From contig JASCQW010000001.1 of NCBI GenBank assembly GCA_030264375.1, positions 109,996,445-110,060,444 on the forward strand: a DNA stretch of 64,000 nt, in the 5' to 3' direction. This DNA comes from Carcharhinus longimanus (taxonomy: Eukaryota). Position numbers and translations under genes: made by a program. Below, one piece after another: positions 24,745 to 37,430 of this stretch; within the stretch, counting starts at the first letter, position 1; each line of letters opens with the position of its first letter. Below the pieces are notes generated by a model that was not told the DNA's origin, made no database searches, and saw only the letters and a program-made list of their open reading frames with translations.

Positions 24745-25960
24745 ACATGGCAGGGGTAACCAAGAAGGCAGATGAGGGCAGCGCAGTTGATGTTGTCTAC
24801 ATAGGCTTTAGCAAGACCTTTGACAAGGTACCACATGGTAGGTTGTTGCATAAGGTTAAATCTCATAGGATCTAAGGTGAGGGAGCCAAATGGATACAAA
24901 ATTGGCTTGATGACAGAAGCCAGAGGGTGGTTGTAGAGGGTTGTTTTCCAAACTGGATGTCTGAGACGAGTGGTGTGCTTCAGGGATTTGTGCTGGGTCC
25001 ACTATTATTTGTCATTTATATTAATGATGAGAATATAGTAGGCATGTTGGTAAGTTTGCAGATGACATCAAGATTGGTGGCATAGTAGACAGTGAAGAAT
25101 GTTCTCTAGGATTGCAACGGGACCTGGATCAACTGGGCTAATAGGCTGTTGAATGTCAGATGGAGTCTAATTTAGATAAATGCAAAGTGATGCATTTTGG
25201 TAGATTGGCAGAACTTACTCAGTTAATGGTAGGGCACTGGGAGAGTTATAGAACAAAGAGATCTAGAGATGCAAGTTCATAGCTCCTTGTAAGTGGAGTC
25301 ACAGGCGGACAGAGTGTTGAAGAGAAAGTATTAGGCATGCTTAGTTTCATTGGTCAGAACATTGAACATAGGAGTTGGGGCATTTTGCTGAAGTTGTACA
25401 AGACATTAATAAGGCCACACTTGGAATACTGTGTACAGTTATGGTCACCCTATTATAGAAAGGACATTATTAAACTAAAAAAAGTGCAGAAAAAATTTAC
25501 TAGGATACTGCCAGGGCTTGATGGTTTGAGTTAAAAGGAGAGGCTGGATAGACTGGGACTTTTCTTTCTGGAGCGTAGGAGCTTAAGAGTGATCTTATAG
25601 TGGTCTATTAAAAAATGAGGGGCACAGATCAGCTAGATAGTCAATATCTTTTCCTACAGGTAAGGGAGTATAAAACTAGAGGGCATAGGTTTAAAGTGAG
25701 AGGGGAGAGATACAAAAGTGTCCAGAGGCACAATTTTTTCACACAGAGGGTGGTGAGTGTCTGGAACAAGCTGTCAGAGGTAGTATTAGAGGCGGGTACT
25801 ATTTTGTCTTTTAAAATGCATTTAGACAATTACATGGGTAAGATGGGCACTGAGAGATATGGGCCAAATGTGGACAAATGGGATTAGCTTAGAGGTTAAA
25901 AAAATGGACAAGATGGGCCAAAGGGCCTATTTCCATGCTGTAAACTTCTATGACTCTATG
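24745..25960 (+). mobile_element. CR1/HER1 LINE, 5'-truncated (RT to 3' end), decayed
   Basis: RT motifs (VDVVY..FSKTFDKVPH, GPLLFVIYIND, KFADD, LYKTLIRPHLEYCVQLWSPYYRKDI, TRGHRFKVRGER) with stops and frameshifts; tail ttctatgactctatg. Confidence 0.92.
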
Positions 25961-26571
25961 GCTGTATGAATAGGATTGGTAGATGAAAGCTGGATCCCTA
26001 TAATTCTTTGAATGGAAGGAAAATATTAAGTATTAAGCCCAATTCATTCACGCTTTCAAGTCTTTGTCTAAAAAGAAATCCTGGGATTTTATTTGTTGCT
26101 TTTCCACCCGTTTTCCTGCTGCTCCTTCTGATGTTAAAGTTGCAGTCCTGATCTGGAGTTCAGCCTCTTAGAGCTGCAGGTTCTCTCATGGTGGTGGTGG
26201 AAGCCTGTATAGCAAATGACACCCAAGCCAAAGGTTACAGAAATATCAGATAGCGTGCACAAGTCCTGCTTCCACAGGATTGTTATTAGAGGAGTCTCCA
26301 GTTTTCTATCTTTATGACAAGTATCCAAGGGAAAAGCCATGCCAGCTAATTCAAATAGGTAGGGCAAACCCAGGGAGTGTGGACTGCAGCAGGAGAGAAA
26401 TGTATGAAAAGGGTTAAACAGACAACACAGTAGTATCCACACTCACTGCAGGTAGACAGGACAAAAATAAAAATAACTACATCTCAGACGGCACTGAAAC
26501 AGTCACATCCCAGGTGGGATTGCTCCAAGATTACAACAAACATAAGAGATTTAATATCACTTATCTAGTGA

Positions 26572-27193
26572 TATTGGTGAAATTAAAGTGATAGACACAA
26601 AATGGTTACCTGGTACACAAAATAGACTCTGGAAAGGGACATTAAAAGGCGCTGGTTTTGGACACAGACAGTTACACAAAGAGTTAAAGCCTGCAGTTTC
26701 TGAACTGCTGCAGAAAACTGGTCAGACCTGGGACACTTTAAGACTGAGGTAAGAGCAGACCCAGAACAATGACTTTGATAATAAGATGGGGAAATAAATG
26801 TTTAAATGTAATGAGATCAGCTGCTGATGGGGTCTTAAATGCACAAATGTATATATCAAAACCAATCATTGATTGAGGACATAACTGCATAAATGCATCC
26901 ATTCTATGTACAATGATGTGTTAACTGTCCATGTCCACACCTGTCTGCTTGTAACCATGTGTTAACTGTTGATGGCCGTATCTGTCTACTCAACTTGAAA
27001 CGATGTGTTAACGGCTAATGTCCGTACGATCTATTGTCTGAAAGGTATAAAGGTGCTCAACTATCATTGTGTAGTTGAGAAGGTAGCTGCCAAGTACTGT
27101 GGAGCATCAGTACTTTCTCCCAAAACTTTGTCTGAAATAAAACTTCTGTTGAACCTCCAGGTCTGACTCCGAAATGGTAAATTTCCCACAACA
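26572..27193 (+). mobile_element. Solo LTR (ERV/Gypsy-like)
   Basis: Imperfect terminal inverted ends (tattggtgaaat ... atttcccacaaca), three ~40-45 bp U3-like repeats (atgtgttaac), TATA box (ggtataaa ~27043) and AATAAA (~27136). Confidence 0.7.
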
Positions 27194-27229
27194 CGAGGCT
27201 CCAAAAAGTCTAGAAGAACAAATGTACCT

Positions 27230-27626
27230 CTAAAAACTTAATCAAGTATCCAGGAGATGAGACAATTAACACCCCACTGAAATCAGTTTGACAAACACAA
27301 CACTTTGATATTGTAAACAGGTAGACAGAAGATGTACAGAAAATGATTAAAACTAAAGCACACAAGATAATGGAACCATATAATGTAATCAAAAACAGAA
27401 CTGTAACCAATTCAAAGTAACAATATGATGATCTAATGTAAATATAATGCTTTGTAATGTAAAGGAGTATAAGAATCTATAAGAAACAAAGCTTAGTAGA
27501 GTAGCTCAAAATCAAGCTATAGTCACAGCCATAAGTTCTGGTCTCCCTCGTGCATGTTGAATAAAGCCATTTTTGTTGAAATTTCACACAGTCTTGGAAG
27601 ACTCAGTTCATTTATTTCCTCCTACA
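27230..27626 (+). mobile_element. Second LTR-like remnant
   Basis: TATA-like gagtataag (~27465), AATAAA (~27560), end ttcctcctaca. Confidence 0.4.
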
Positions 27627-29449
27627 GCCAGCATACATTGTGAATAATTAGTGAAAGTTTTTTTTTCCCACTAATCAACCAGCAGGAAACAAAGAACAGA
27701 GTCCGAGAATTTCCCATGATTACTGAATTCAGTGATATGAGAATCAAGGGTCACTTCACTGCCACTGGCTATTGAGGTAGAATCTAGAACACCAGTAATA
27801 AAGAAAAGGGGTAAGTCTTTGAAAAGGGGGAGCATAAAAGGATCTGGTTTAAATGGGGTTGCAGGAGAATGCTTTGGCACAGATTGTAGTGGTTAATTGA
27901 ATTCCTCTTGTGCTGTAACTTTTATATGTCTATCAATCTATGAAAACATTTTTATTGAATCCAAGCGCAATGTGTGATTCAGAAATGTTAGTGCTACTTG
28001 AAGTTGATGTGCCCTGTAAGAAGTATCCCAGATAGTGGATCCAATGTCTCCAGCTTGATTCAGGTCAGCCTGTGCTGCCCAGTTTTGACACACAAAGCCA
28101 AAATGCTTGATGGGCTCTGACTCAGACTCACAGTTCAGATTTGCTTCCTTCACATAGAACCTGAGTCCTGGAATACAGGAAAATAAAAGAGGTCTATCAA
28201 AAGTGGCATTGATTGGTCAGCATTTACTGGAGAGTTTGACTGTGCTTTACAGGGCAGGACAATACTAGCTGTGTTTCCAGGGTGACTATCAGGATAGAAG
28301 ATTCCTACTAGTTACAAGTAGAATAATTGGGCTCTACACAGAGTACTAGTGACTGAGGGAAGCTAAATCTTGATAGTATTACGACTGGATATTGGGTGCA
28401 ATTTCAATTAATTATTATTCATTATGGGCAACATTAAAATTTCTCCCACCTCTAGCAATCATCCTTATCTTCCACTCATTTTACTCTCCTCTTCCCTACC
28501 CTCAGTTTTCCCTCTTTGCAGATCACCTCCGGTTCTTGGAATTTCTTGCACACCATTTGTTGGCACAAAACCATGGGCAAAGATATTCAATCATAGGCAA
28601 CCCAACCTTTATAGAGTAAATTAAACAATATTTTCAGACACTTCATAATCAAACATTATATGATTAAAAGTTATGCAGTTAGATGTTGTGACTCATCCTC
28701 TGGGAATGCTTTCAAACAGAGTTGGTAATCCGACAATGGAGTTAAGAAAAGCAGGTGTATTCCCCAGATTCCAACCTTCTCACTGCTGTTCCAGCCCCTT
28801 CCCAGTGTAAAGAAAAGGCTGATCAGTCTGCCTTGAAGTCTGTTAATACTACACTGTGGTAATACTAACCTTCTGTTTTGTCTGTTAAATAATGAAATAT
28901 AGCCAATTTAGATGCAGTTCCCACTGACTGATCTTAAAGCAATGGTTAGTTTAGATAATAAACCTAATGATAAAACATTCACATGCATATGGTAGAGAAC
29001 GTTAATCAGATGATAACAAGTTAGTTCTGTTGAAAGATTGGTTTCAGGAGCCAGAGGTTGGTATTAAATGGTAGAGATTTAAAATGAGAAGTGTTACTTG
29101 ATGCAACAGATGTGAAAACTATTGAGGTAACAAGGTTTGAGGAATTGTACCATTTTAGGAAATGTAATGTGTTCAATCTAAAATAATTGATAATGGATAA
29201 ACTCACTAAAATTCACCTCATGTGGAAAGTATTAGGCGATGCAGAAATGAGTTTGTTGTCATCTAGAAGCTATAACAAAATCAGGACACTGGAAATATAG
29301 GATTTGAAAGTCTTTGCCTGTATACTGAGCTTAGAACTGTAATGCATTTGCCAATTCACCAGGGGCTGGGGGTTAATCTGTAAAATGTTGAAATGCAACA
29401 CCATCCTGCTGCCTTTTGCATAGTGGCAGGTTTCTTGGTACCTGAGTAA

Positions 29450-29546
29450 GGGCAGCACAGTGGTTAGCCCTGCTGCCTCACAGCACCAAGGACCTGGGTT
29501 CAATTCCGACCTTGGGTGACTGTCTGAATGTTTACACATTCTCCCT
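29450..29546 (+). mobile_element. HE1 V-SINE, 5' half (split by MITE)
   Basis: gggcagcacagtggttagccctgctgcctcacagc...cacattctccct; resumes at 30630. Confidence 0.85.
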
Positions 29547-30629
29547 GGGCCTGATTTTACCACTTTGATTCTAAGTGCTGAATTTCAGAGTGTTCCAGAT
29601 CTGATTTGTAAACCTCTTCTCCAGCACTATCATGCGCACTCTGCCTAAAAACAAAGCAGCGATTCTGAATTGTGCTGCAGAAGCCTGTGGGGGGAGGTTG
29701 GGGGGGGGTTTATATTGAAACCCTGCAGCTCCGATTGGAGCCTTCAACCGTGCATGCGCAGTAAAAAAGTTTCTGAAAAACGCTTCCCTTCCACATCACT
29801 CCCGAGCCAGATAATGCCTCCCCCCCTTGCCCCGCAGTCATTGCCCCCCCCACAACATAACTGTCCCCCTTATCCCCCCATCCCCCGCTACTCAGACCGA
29901 GTGCGGCCCCCTGCCTTCTTCCCCCCACTGATCACATGAAGAGTGGCAGCAGACCCCCCCCCTCCCCTACAGATCACACGCAGAGTGGCAACAGNNNNNN
30001 NNNNNNNNNNNNNNNNNNNNNNNNNNNNNNNNNNNNNNNNNNNNNNNNNNNNNNNNNNNNNNNNNNNNNNNNNNNNNNNNNNNNNNNNNNNNNNACCAGA
30101 GATCCATCTGACCCACCTCCCTCCTCCATCCACCACCGATCTGAGTTTCAGAGCTGTTGAAAATTTAGAACTTACCTCCCCAGAAGCTGGAGTGCCCAAA
30201 ACAGACCTTTGCAGACCATGTCTGTTTCGTGCCAAATCTGGATGGGTGAACACTGTGGTAAAGGGGGGAATGCAGGTAAGTTTGAGCGTGCAGCCCATTA
30301 AGTCAATTTAAATGTATTCAAATGTATTTAAATTGCCATTGTACTCGTTATTAAAGTAATTATTAAAATAATTATTTTAAATTATTAAAATAATTTAATT
30401 AATAAAATAAAATTAAATTTGTAATCTAATTTACAAATTAAATTGTAAATTTAAATCCAATTTAAAATTGCCGTCACACCCATTCTAAACGATCGTGGCC
30501 ATTTTAGGTGCTTAAGTAAAGGGGGAATAGACATGGAGGTGGTCACGGATCGCGCTACTTACCTCATGCCAGACTTTACCAAGCTTTTGCACCTGAAAAT
30601 GGGCACAACTTGATGGTAAAAGCGGGCTC
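29547..30629. mobile_element. PIF/Harbinger-like MITE inserted into HE1
   Basis: TIRs gggcctgattttacc (29547-29561) and ggtaaaagcgggctc (30615-30629), 12/15 complementary; probable diverged 3-bp TSD (cct/tcc). Confidence 0.8.
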
Positions 30630-30830
30630 TCCATGTCTGCGTGGATTTTGTCCAGGTGCTCTGCCTCCCTCCACAGTCCAAAGACGTGCAGTTGATTGGC
30701 CATGCTAAATTGCCCCTTAGTGTTAGGGATAAATATGTGGGTTACGAGGACAGGATGTGGTTGGAATTGTTGCTGGTGCAAGCGCGATGGGTCAAATAGC
30801 CTCTTTCTGCACTGAAGGGATTCTATGATC
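30630..30830 (+). mobile_element. HE1 V-SINE, 3' half
   Basis: ccatgtctgcgtggattttgtccaggtgct...gggattctatgat continues the consensus where the 5' half stops. Confidence 0.85.
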
Positions 30831-31943
30831 TCACCATGGAACGGCAAGACTTTTCCACATCTTTTTGAGGGCCAGGTGGAAGCAGGAATGCTGCCCCTAT
30901 TCCCTCAAGAGCAAATTCAGCATCCCCTCAACTACCCCCTTCCCAATTTGCAACCTCCCTAGTCCCCTTACTGCTGTGATGCCCTCACTGAAATCCCTCA
31001 AGCAATCTTACCCCTCTCCACCCTGTCCTGATTGCTAGCTAATAGACCCCGTCTGTGGCCTCCTGCTGCTGTTTTCCTTTCCTTCCAGCTGTCAGCCTCG
31101 CTGTCAAACTGACCAGCTGTTTGGCAGAAAACATGAAAATGATACTAAGGACCTACCATTAAGTTTGGGGTTCTGAGAAGAATAAGCTGCTTTTAAACAA
31201 ACTTACTTCCAGGAGCACCATATCAATGATACATGGTTGTTCACTACAATTTTCTGCTGCTTAGCTATTAAATCCATAACCATAATTCTTGAAAAAAAAA
31301 GCCTGCAAATGTTAATGGCCTTTTTGTTAAAAAGTGACAATTGTGATGCATAACTTTACTTATATGAAATGACAAAGATATAAAGCTACATACTTAGCTT
31401 TAGCCACAACTTCCCTAATGAAGTCAACTAACGGCTTTATAAATGTTTATTTTATTGCAGTTTTACAAATAAAATAAAGCAATAGTTTAATTTGGCTCCT
31501 TGGAACGCAGTTTCTCATCAATTAGTAAAGGTGGCAAGAGCCACAAGGAGGTGATTTTTCTCTGTACAGCTTCGTCGTTTCTTCTCTCTAAAAATAACCT
31601 TCATAAATTACGCCACTTACCCGATTCAATCACAGTGAAGAGTGTGATTCAACACAGAGAATTGGAATTCTGCACTCTTTGCACTTTTGAGCCTCCTCCT
31701 CAGTTGACAACATGACAACATGTCATGTCTGTTAGCTGTCGTCTTCACATCAGCAGCAATATGACAAATGATCCATCTGGCAATGCAACATTGGCCCACA
31801 GCTGTCAAAAGGATGTGCACTTTTTTTAAAGTTTAAAGTGAAACAAAAAATAGGGAAGAAAAGGCATGCTTTGTCAGGTAACAGGCAGACACCACAATAT
31901 GTCGCTCTAGATCAACAAATGTGGAAGCCTTTACACATTACAT

Positions 31944-32044
31944 CCAGAATTTTACCGCCTCGCTTACCCCAGAATCGGGGTGGGCAAGGCTCAGAGAACA
32001 GCATTCTCTGTTGGCCTCGGAGGGGCAAAGTGGTAAAATTCTGG
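31944..32044. mobile_element. ~100-bp MITE
   Basis: Perfect 13-bp TIR ccagaattttacc / ggtaaaattctgg. Confidence 0.7.
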
Positions 32045-32612
32045 TATATATCTCTACTTGTAGGATTAAAAATTCTTACTCTGCCTTAACAGACCTCCTA
32101 ACTTGTCCATTAGTTAGTGGAAATGTGAATATTGTTTTAAAATGAATTAGTGGCTCTTGCCTGACATTCTTTATGACAATATCATATTAATGCAAGAACA
32201 TGGCACTATGTGACAGGTGTTTTCAGATAATGCACAAAGGAATACTATGTTAAGGGGTGTATGCCGAAGTTAATCTTCTTTTAGCCACCTGCAAGCAGCT
32301 TTACTGCAGTTATCAGTGGTCTGGTGGGGTCATCTATAGCGGTGGAGGATAAGTGGGTCCAGCCAAGGACCTAGCAGAAAGCAAGAGCAATGAAGGAAAG
32401 AGGGAGCAGTGTGCAGGAGGTCATCTTACCAACATCAAGTTTGCAGGGAACATTTCTCCTACTTAAGCTTGATCGAGGAGCAATGCCCCAGACATCTTCA
32501 CTTCACAATGCTGTCATCAATGAGCTATTTGACCTGCAGCAGCCACAACTTGAGTCTCAAGCCAGGGAATGGGCAGCATTGTCTTTGGTTTCCAAGGCCA
32601 GCATGACACATG

Positions 32613-32921
32613 TAGAATCATAGAATCCAACAGTACAGAGGAGGCCATTAGGCCCATCAAGTCTGCAGCAGCCACAATCCCATCCAGGCCCTATCCCCAT
32701 GATCCTATTCATTTACCCTAGCTAGTCCCCCTGACACTATGGAGCAACTTAGCATCACCAATCCACCTAACCTGCACATCTTTGGACTGTGGGAGGAAAC
32801 CCACGCAGATCTGGGGAGAACATGTAAACTCCACACAGATAGTGACCCAAGCCGGAAATTGAATTCAGTGCCTCAATTCGCACTGTGAGGCAGCAGTGCG
32901 AACCACTGTGCTAACATGCTG
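32613..32921 (-). mobile_element. HE1-type V-SINE
   Basis: Reverse HE1 from tagaatcatagaatcc to aaccactgtgctaacatgctg. Confidence 0.88.
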
Positions 32922-33172
32922 AAAATGTTTATGTTGTAGGCTTCTTTCAGACTGCAGCAAGTGGCAACTATAACATCTAATTTTCAGTCAAATGTTGTAT
33001 CAGGGAGGCAACTGGGACAGGATGGCAGTCAATGCAGAAGACATAGGACAAATGCAATGGCAATATTGATTAGCGTCCCCAAGAATGAGAATGTGGAGTC
33101 AGAGTGCAAAGACGGCCAAAGGACAGAGAGATTCCTGGGAACAACTCAATTGCGGCCTGAGCGAGCACTCTG

Positions 33173-33352
33173 AGCAACAACAGTATTTGCATTCTTAAAG
33201 TACCTTCAGCGTGGTAAAATGTTTCAAGGTGCTTCACAGGAACATAATCAAGCAGAACTTGAGACAAAGCCACCATGTGAGAGAATATTATGACAGATAA
33301 CCAAAAGCTTGGTCAAAGAGAGAGGTTTTAAGAAATGCCTTAAAAGAGGAAA
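33173..33352 (-). mobile_element. L2 LINE 3' end
   Basis: caaggtgcttcacaggaac...accaaaagcttggtcaaagagagaggttttaagaaatgccttaaa. Confidence 0.6.
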
Positions 33353-35157
33353 ATGAGGCAAAGGCATTAGTGGGGCTTTGCGTTCACCTTCATTTCTGCA
33401 CCCCCGTCCCCCTCGCCCCTCCCCTATCCCCAACAGCCCTCCCAACCCCACCCATCCTAACCCCACAGAAAGCAATGGCACAAACTATAAAAAATACACC
33501 AGCTGTTCACTGCTTTGCTGCTTTATTGCTTTTTAACTTGTAAAAATATGCCTGTAATTGCTGAATTGAAATTCAAGCTTACCTCTTATCAGAACGATGG
33601 GTAAAGATGGATATTGTGACATGTGAGTCTTGTGGTGAGAAAATCTGGAACTTGAGTAACAAGATGGAAAACTCAGCTGATGACATGACTGCAGCACAGC
33701 ACAGGCCAGGCCAGATCAGAATGAGCCAGCGCAGGACAGAATGAGCCAGTCCAGTGCAGGAGCAAATACTCCAATCAACAAGATACATGCGCAGCTATTC
33801 TTATATTTCAGAGGCTCAGATTCAATTAGGTTAACTTCCTGCTGTTTTCTCACAAAATCAAAGAACTTATTGCCATGAATTCATGTGAGTGGTATGTCCA
33901 ATGCGTCCAAGTCCAATATCAGTGGCTTTGTGTGGCAGGATTCCGTTCTTTGTCCTAGAAGAGACTTTCAGAAAGCTAATCCTGAGAGCAATGAGAACTA
34001 TCTGCATGTGACCAGCAGCCATTATATTAGACCAGCAAATGGTCTCTTTTGAAAGAATTGGCTGTGAAGGAGGGACAGATTTTTAAGATTTTCTTGCTTG
34101 TTGGCATGGAAATTTAGATGGTTTTGCTTCCACACTTTTTCTTCCCAGCCTTGCTGCTGCCTCAGGCTGCCTAGCTATGGTATGGTCTCACATTCACCTG
34201 CATAGTCCTCCTCAGCCCTGGTCTGGGGGTCAAGTCGGTCCCTGCTCCTGCTCCCCTCAATGATCTCGGCTCAACTCACTGCTGGCTCAGGCTGCCTGCC
34301 TGGCTATTCCCAGCCCACCTCATCTCCAGCCTGGTGGCTGAGTTACCCTGCTGCTGCCCTTGACAACTGCTGGGGCCTCCTCTTCGGCCCTCGCATCTCA
34401 CCTCGACCTCGACATCGACATCCGTGCTTTGCTGGATTGGACTGCCTGCCTGGCTATCTGGTCTCCTTAGCGCCAAGTCAGAAATCTGAGGAGGTCTTCA
34501 CTACTGCTCTATCTCCCTCAAAGTCACCATCAATGACTTAGGACAGAGTTTGCCCACTCAGAAGCGAGACTAATCAGAGCCCAATGTTACTCTGCATTGC
34601 GCTTGAGCCTATCAGCAAATTCAGAGCTATCAGGCTCTGATTGGCCATTAGCCAGCACTGCCCCCCCCTCCCCCCACCCCAATGGTAGGGCCCTGGGCCT
34701 CGGCATAATGTATTTCATTTTAAGTCCACCTCTGAGCAAAAGCAGAAAGCTGGAGGGAGGGAATTTGAGCGCTCAGGGCCTAGACAGATAAGGGCACAAG
34801 CGCTAATTGCAAAGCAATCAAAAATGAAGGGACACAGGAATCTCGGAGTATTATTAAAGTGGGTTAGTCTACAGAAATATGGAGGGATGAAGCCATGGGA
34901 GAATTTGAAAGCAAGGCTGATTTAAAATTGCATTTCCACAGACTTCATTAGAAACACAAAGGGATTTATTAATAAGAAGAACCGTTCAACATATCAGCAG
35001 TCACATAGCTACACCAAGTCTCTACATGTCTCCTGCCTAAGAGAGGACTCCATCCCCCAGCGTGATTCTCCAAACTGCATCCCAATTGTCCCCCACAAAG
35101 GTAGGTGACCTTACTCTGTTGTGTTACCCTTAAAGGGACAATCACCATAAATCACCA

Positions 35158-35510
35158 CGGATGAGAACTCTAAAATCAACACAGGAGCCAACGTTGGTCA
35201 GAAAGAACAGGGCTGAAAAGGGAATAGGACTTGATGCAAGTTAGGACATGGGCAGCAGAATCTTGGATGGGCTCACGATAATGGAGGGTGGAAGACACAA
35301 GGTCGGCCAAGTGCAGTGGAACAATCAAGTCTAGAGGGGAGAACAGCTGGAATGAGGGTTTCAGCAACAGGTGAGCTGAGGCAGGGGAGGAATCAATTAA
35401 TGTTTTGGAGATAGAAATGGTGGTCCTAGTAATGACATGGATGGGTATGTGGAAGCTTATCTCAGGAAGCAAGAGAAAACCATAGTTGCCAATAATCAAC
35501 TCAGCCTCTG
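35158..35510 (-). mobile_element. L2 LINE ORF2 C-terminal fragment
   Basis: Reverse strand gives cctcagctcacctgttgctgaaaccctcattccagc...ctctagacttgattgttcc, a decayed AETLIHAFVTSRLDY motif. Confidence 0.6.
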
Positions 35511-37099
35511 CCAGCTACAAGGGCAGCTTTGGGCTTGTTCTGGGAGAAGTCAATGAAACAAAAATTGGTTGACAGGTTTGTGAAAATGCAATGCATTTTT
35601 AAAGTTGTAAACTTGTTATGGTTTAAAACTTGGGGCAGAAATGATACAGTAATTGGCAAAGGTTAGGGTAATTCAGCCCTTTAATTATATGTAGTGATTG
35701 GTCAAATCACTGATTAATGATTTTCTGGTGCTAATGCTTTCAAAATTACTTGCTTTTACATGTAACTGACTTACACTACTTTTCAGTCTTTCATCATTGC
35801 TTAAACCTTTCATCGTTCAATTAAATATATCATGGTTCCAAATGTAATAGTTGGATATTGCCAATAGGGCAGCAATTGATTTTTGAGAGAAGTTTGAAGA
35901 ATTAATCCAGAAACCGGGTGGTACAAGTATCTAGTGTGGACTCCATTCTGCTTTAAAAATGCCTGATCTGTCAGTCATATTAGGCACCCAATCAAGTGGA
36001 GGATTTATACATTTATACACAAATAGGGGCCCTGCTACGTTGAAACAAAATTAATTTTGTACCCAAGTGATTCAAGGATTTCCATCTTTTTTTTTGATAC
36101 TCCTGGAACATTGCCGACTAAGGGCCTCTTTCTGCTGCTGGTGGGAATGATGAGTGGCTTTTCTGCCATTTGGGGAGACCGTCAAGTGAACCTAATTGGG
36201 CATTGTCTAGCCCTATCTTTGCCACCCCACTGTGGAAATGGTTATCCCACTAGCAACACTGCTGCACATCCACACCAACCAACCACTGTATCCCCTCCCT
36301 CCTGCCATCTGGTCCTGCCTGACTGGGCCCATTGACTTCTGACCCTCTTGTTAGCTTGTTTCGAGAGTGGTCTCGATGGTGTTTTTCCCAATTGGGTGTT
36401 AACTCTGCACTAGCCACTGCTCTCAATAGAGAGTGAAGAGCTGCCACTCCTCAAACTGGCTGAATGCTCTTGAAGGCAGGATCTTGCGACTGGGGGGGTG
36501 AGGGCGTGATTTGCTGATGATAGATATTAGCTGCCTGATGCATGTACAGTCTGGACTGAGTTTCTCCAAATGACGAAGGCGGGATTGCCACTGACTTTCT
36601 GGCTTATTGTCAGACGTACTGACGACCTGACAAGATTCTGGCCAAAGTGTGCAATGTCTGATAAATGAAAAGTTAGGATTCCGAGTACCACAGTTGGATG
36701 AAATGATTAATGACAGCTTTGTGGAAAGAGTGTGTGTTGATTGCCTTTCTTTTCTTCTGCTCCTCAGCTACTTACCATATACTTGGTGGCAAGGACTGTG
36801 GCTTAATGAGGGTAAGGTTGTTCAGGATGCAGCAGAAGATGATATCATTTTACATGGTCTCTGACGATAGTGCAGGGCTCTGCTGGAGTTATCTAAATGT
36901 TGCTCAAGCACTTAAATGGCCTGCACATTTTATGATAATGTGGCTTTTGTCACATATGTTATCCACAGACACATGGGTTGCCCACCAGAATCAAGAACTA
37001 TCTAGCCAGTGGATAGGCCTTACCACTCAGATCTATTACCTGATGCTTTGCCATTACTGAATTGCTGATTTGCTGATTGTACAGTGGACTACTGCAGGA

Positions 37100-37430
37100 T
37101 AAATACTGCTGCTTTTTCTTTCCTTCTAAACGTCTCTCATTCTTCTAAACTCCAGTGTGTTTGAGCTCAATTTACTCAGCCTCCCATCATCAAACGACTT
37201 CATCCTGGGAACCAAGCCGGTAAAGCTTCCCTGTTTTCCTCCAGTGTAAATGCCTCCTTCTTTAAACTATGTACAGGAATCTAGAAGCGGGATTTTCCAG
37301 GCCCAACAGCCTATCACTTGCAGGACTAAGAAATCTCGGCCCAGGTGTGGTTTCATCAAAGTCCTGTACAATTGTAGAAATTCTCTTATTCGTATATCCA
37401 ATCTCATTATAATAGAGCACAGTATCCCAG
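37100..37430 (-). mobile_element. Old CR1 fragment
   Basis: cattcttctaaactccag...; reverse ORF fragment LQLYRTLMKPHL. Confidence 0.55.

Noticed and set aside
28600-29240. Possible highly decayed retroviral/Gypsy pol downstream of the LTRs
   Set aside because: Only vague motif hints (PV..KKAD) with many stops; not supportable without a profile search.
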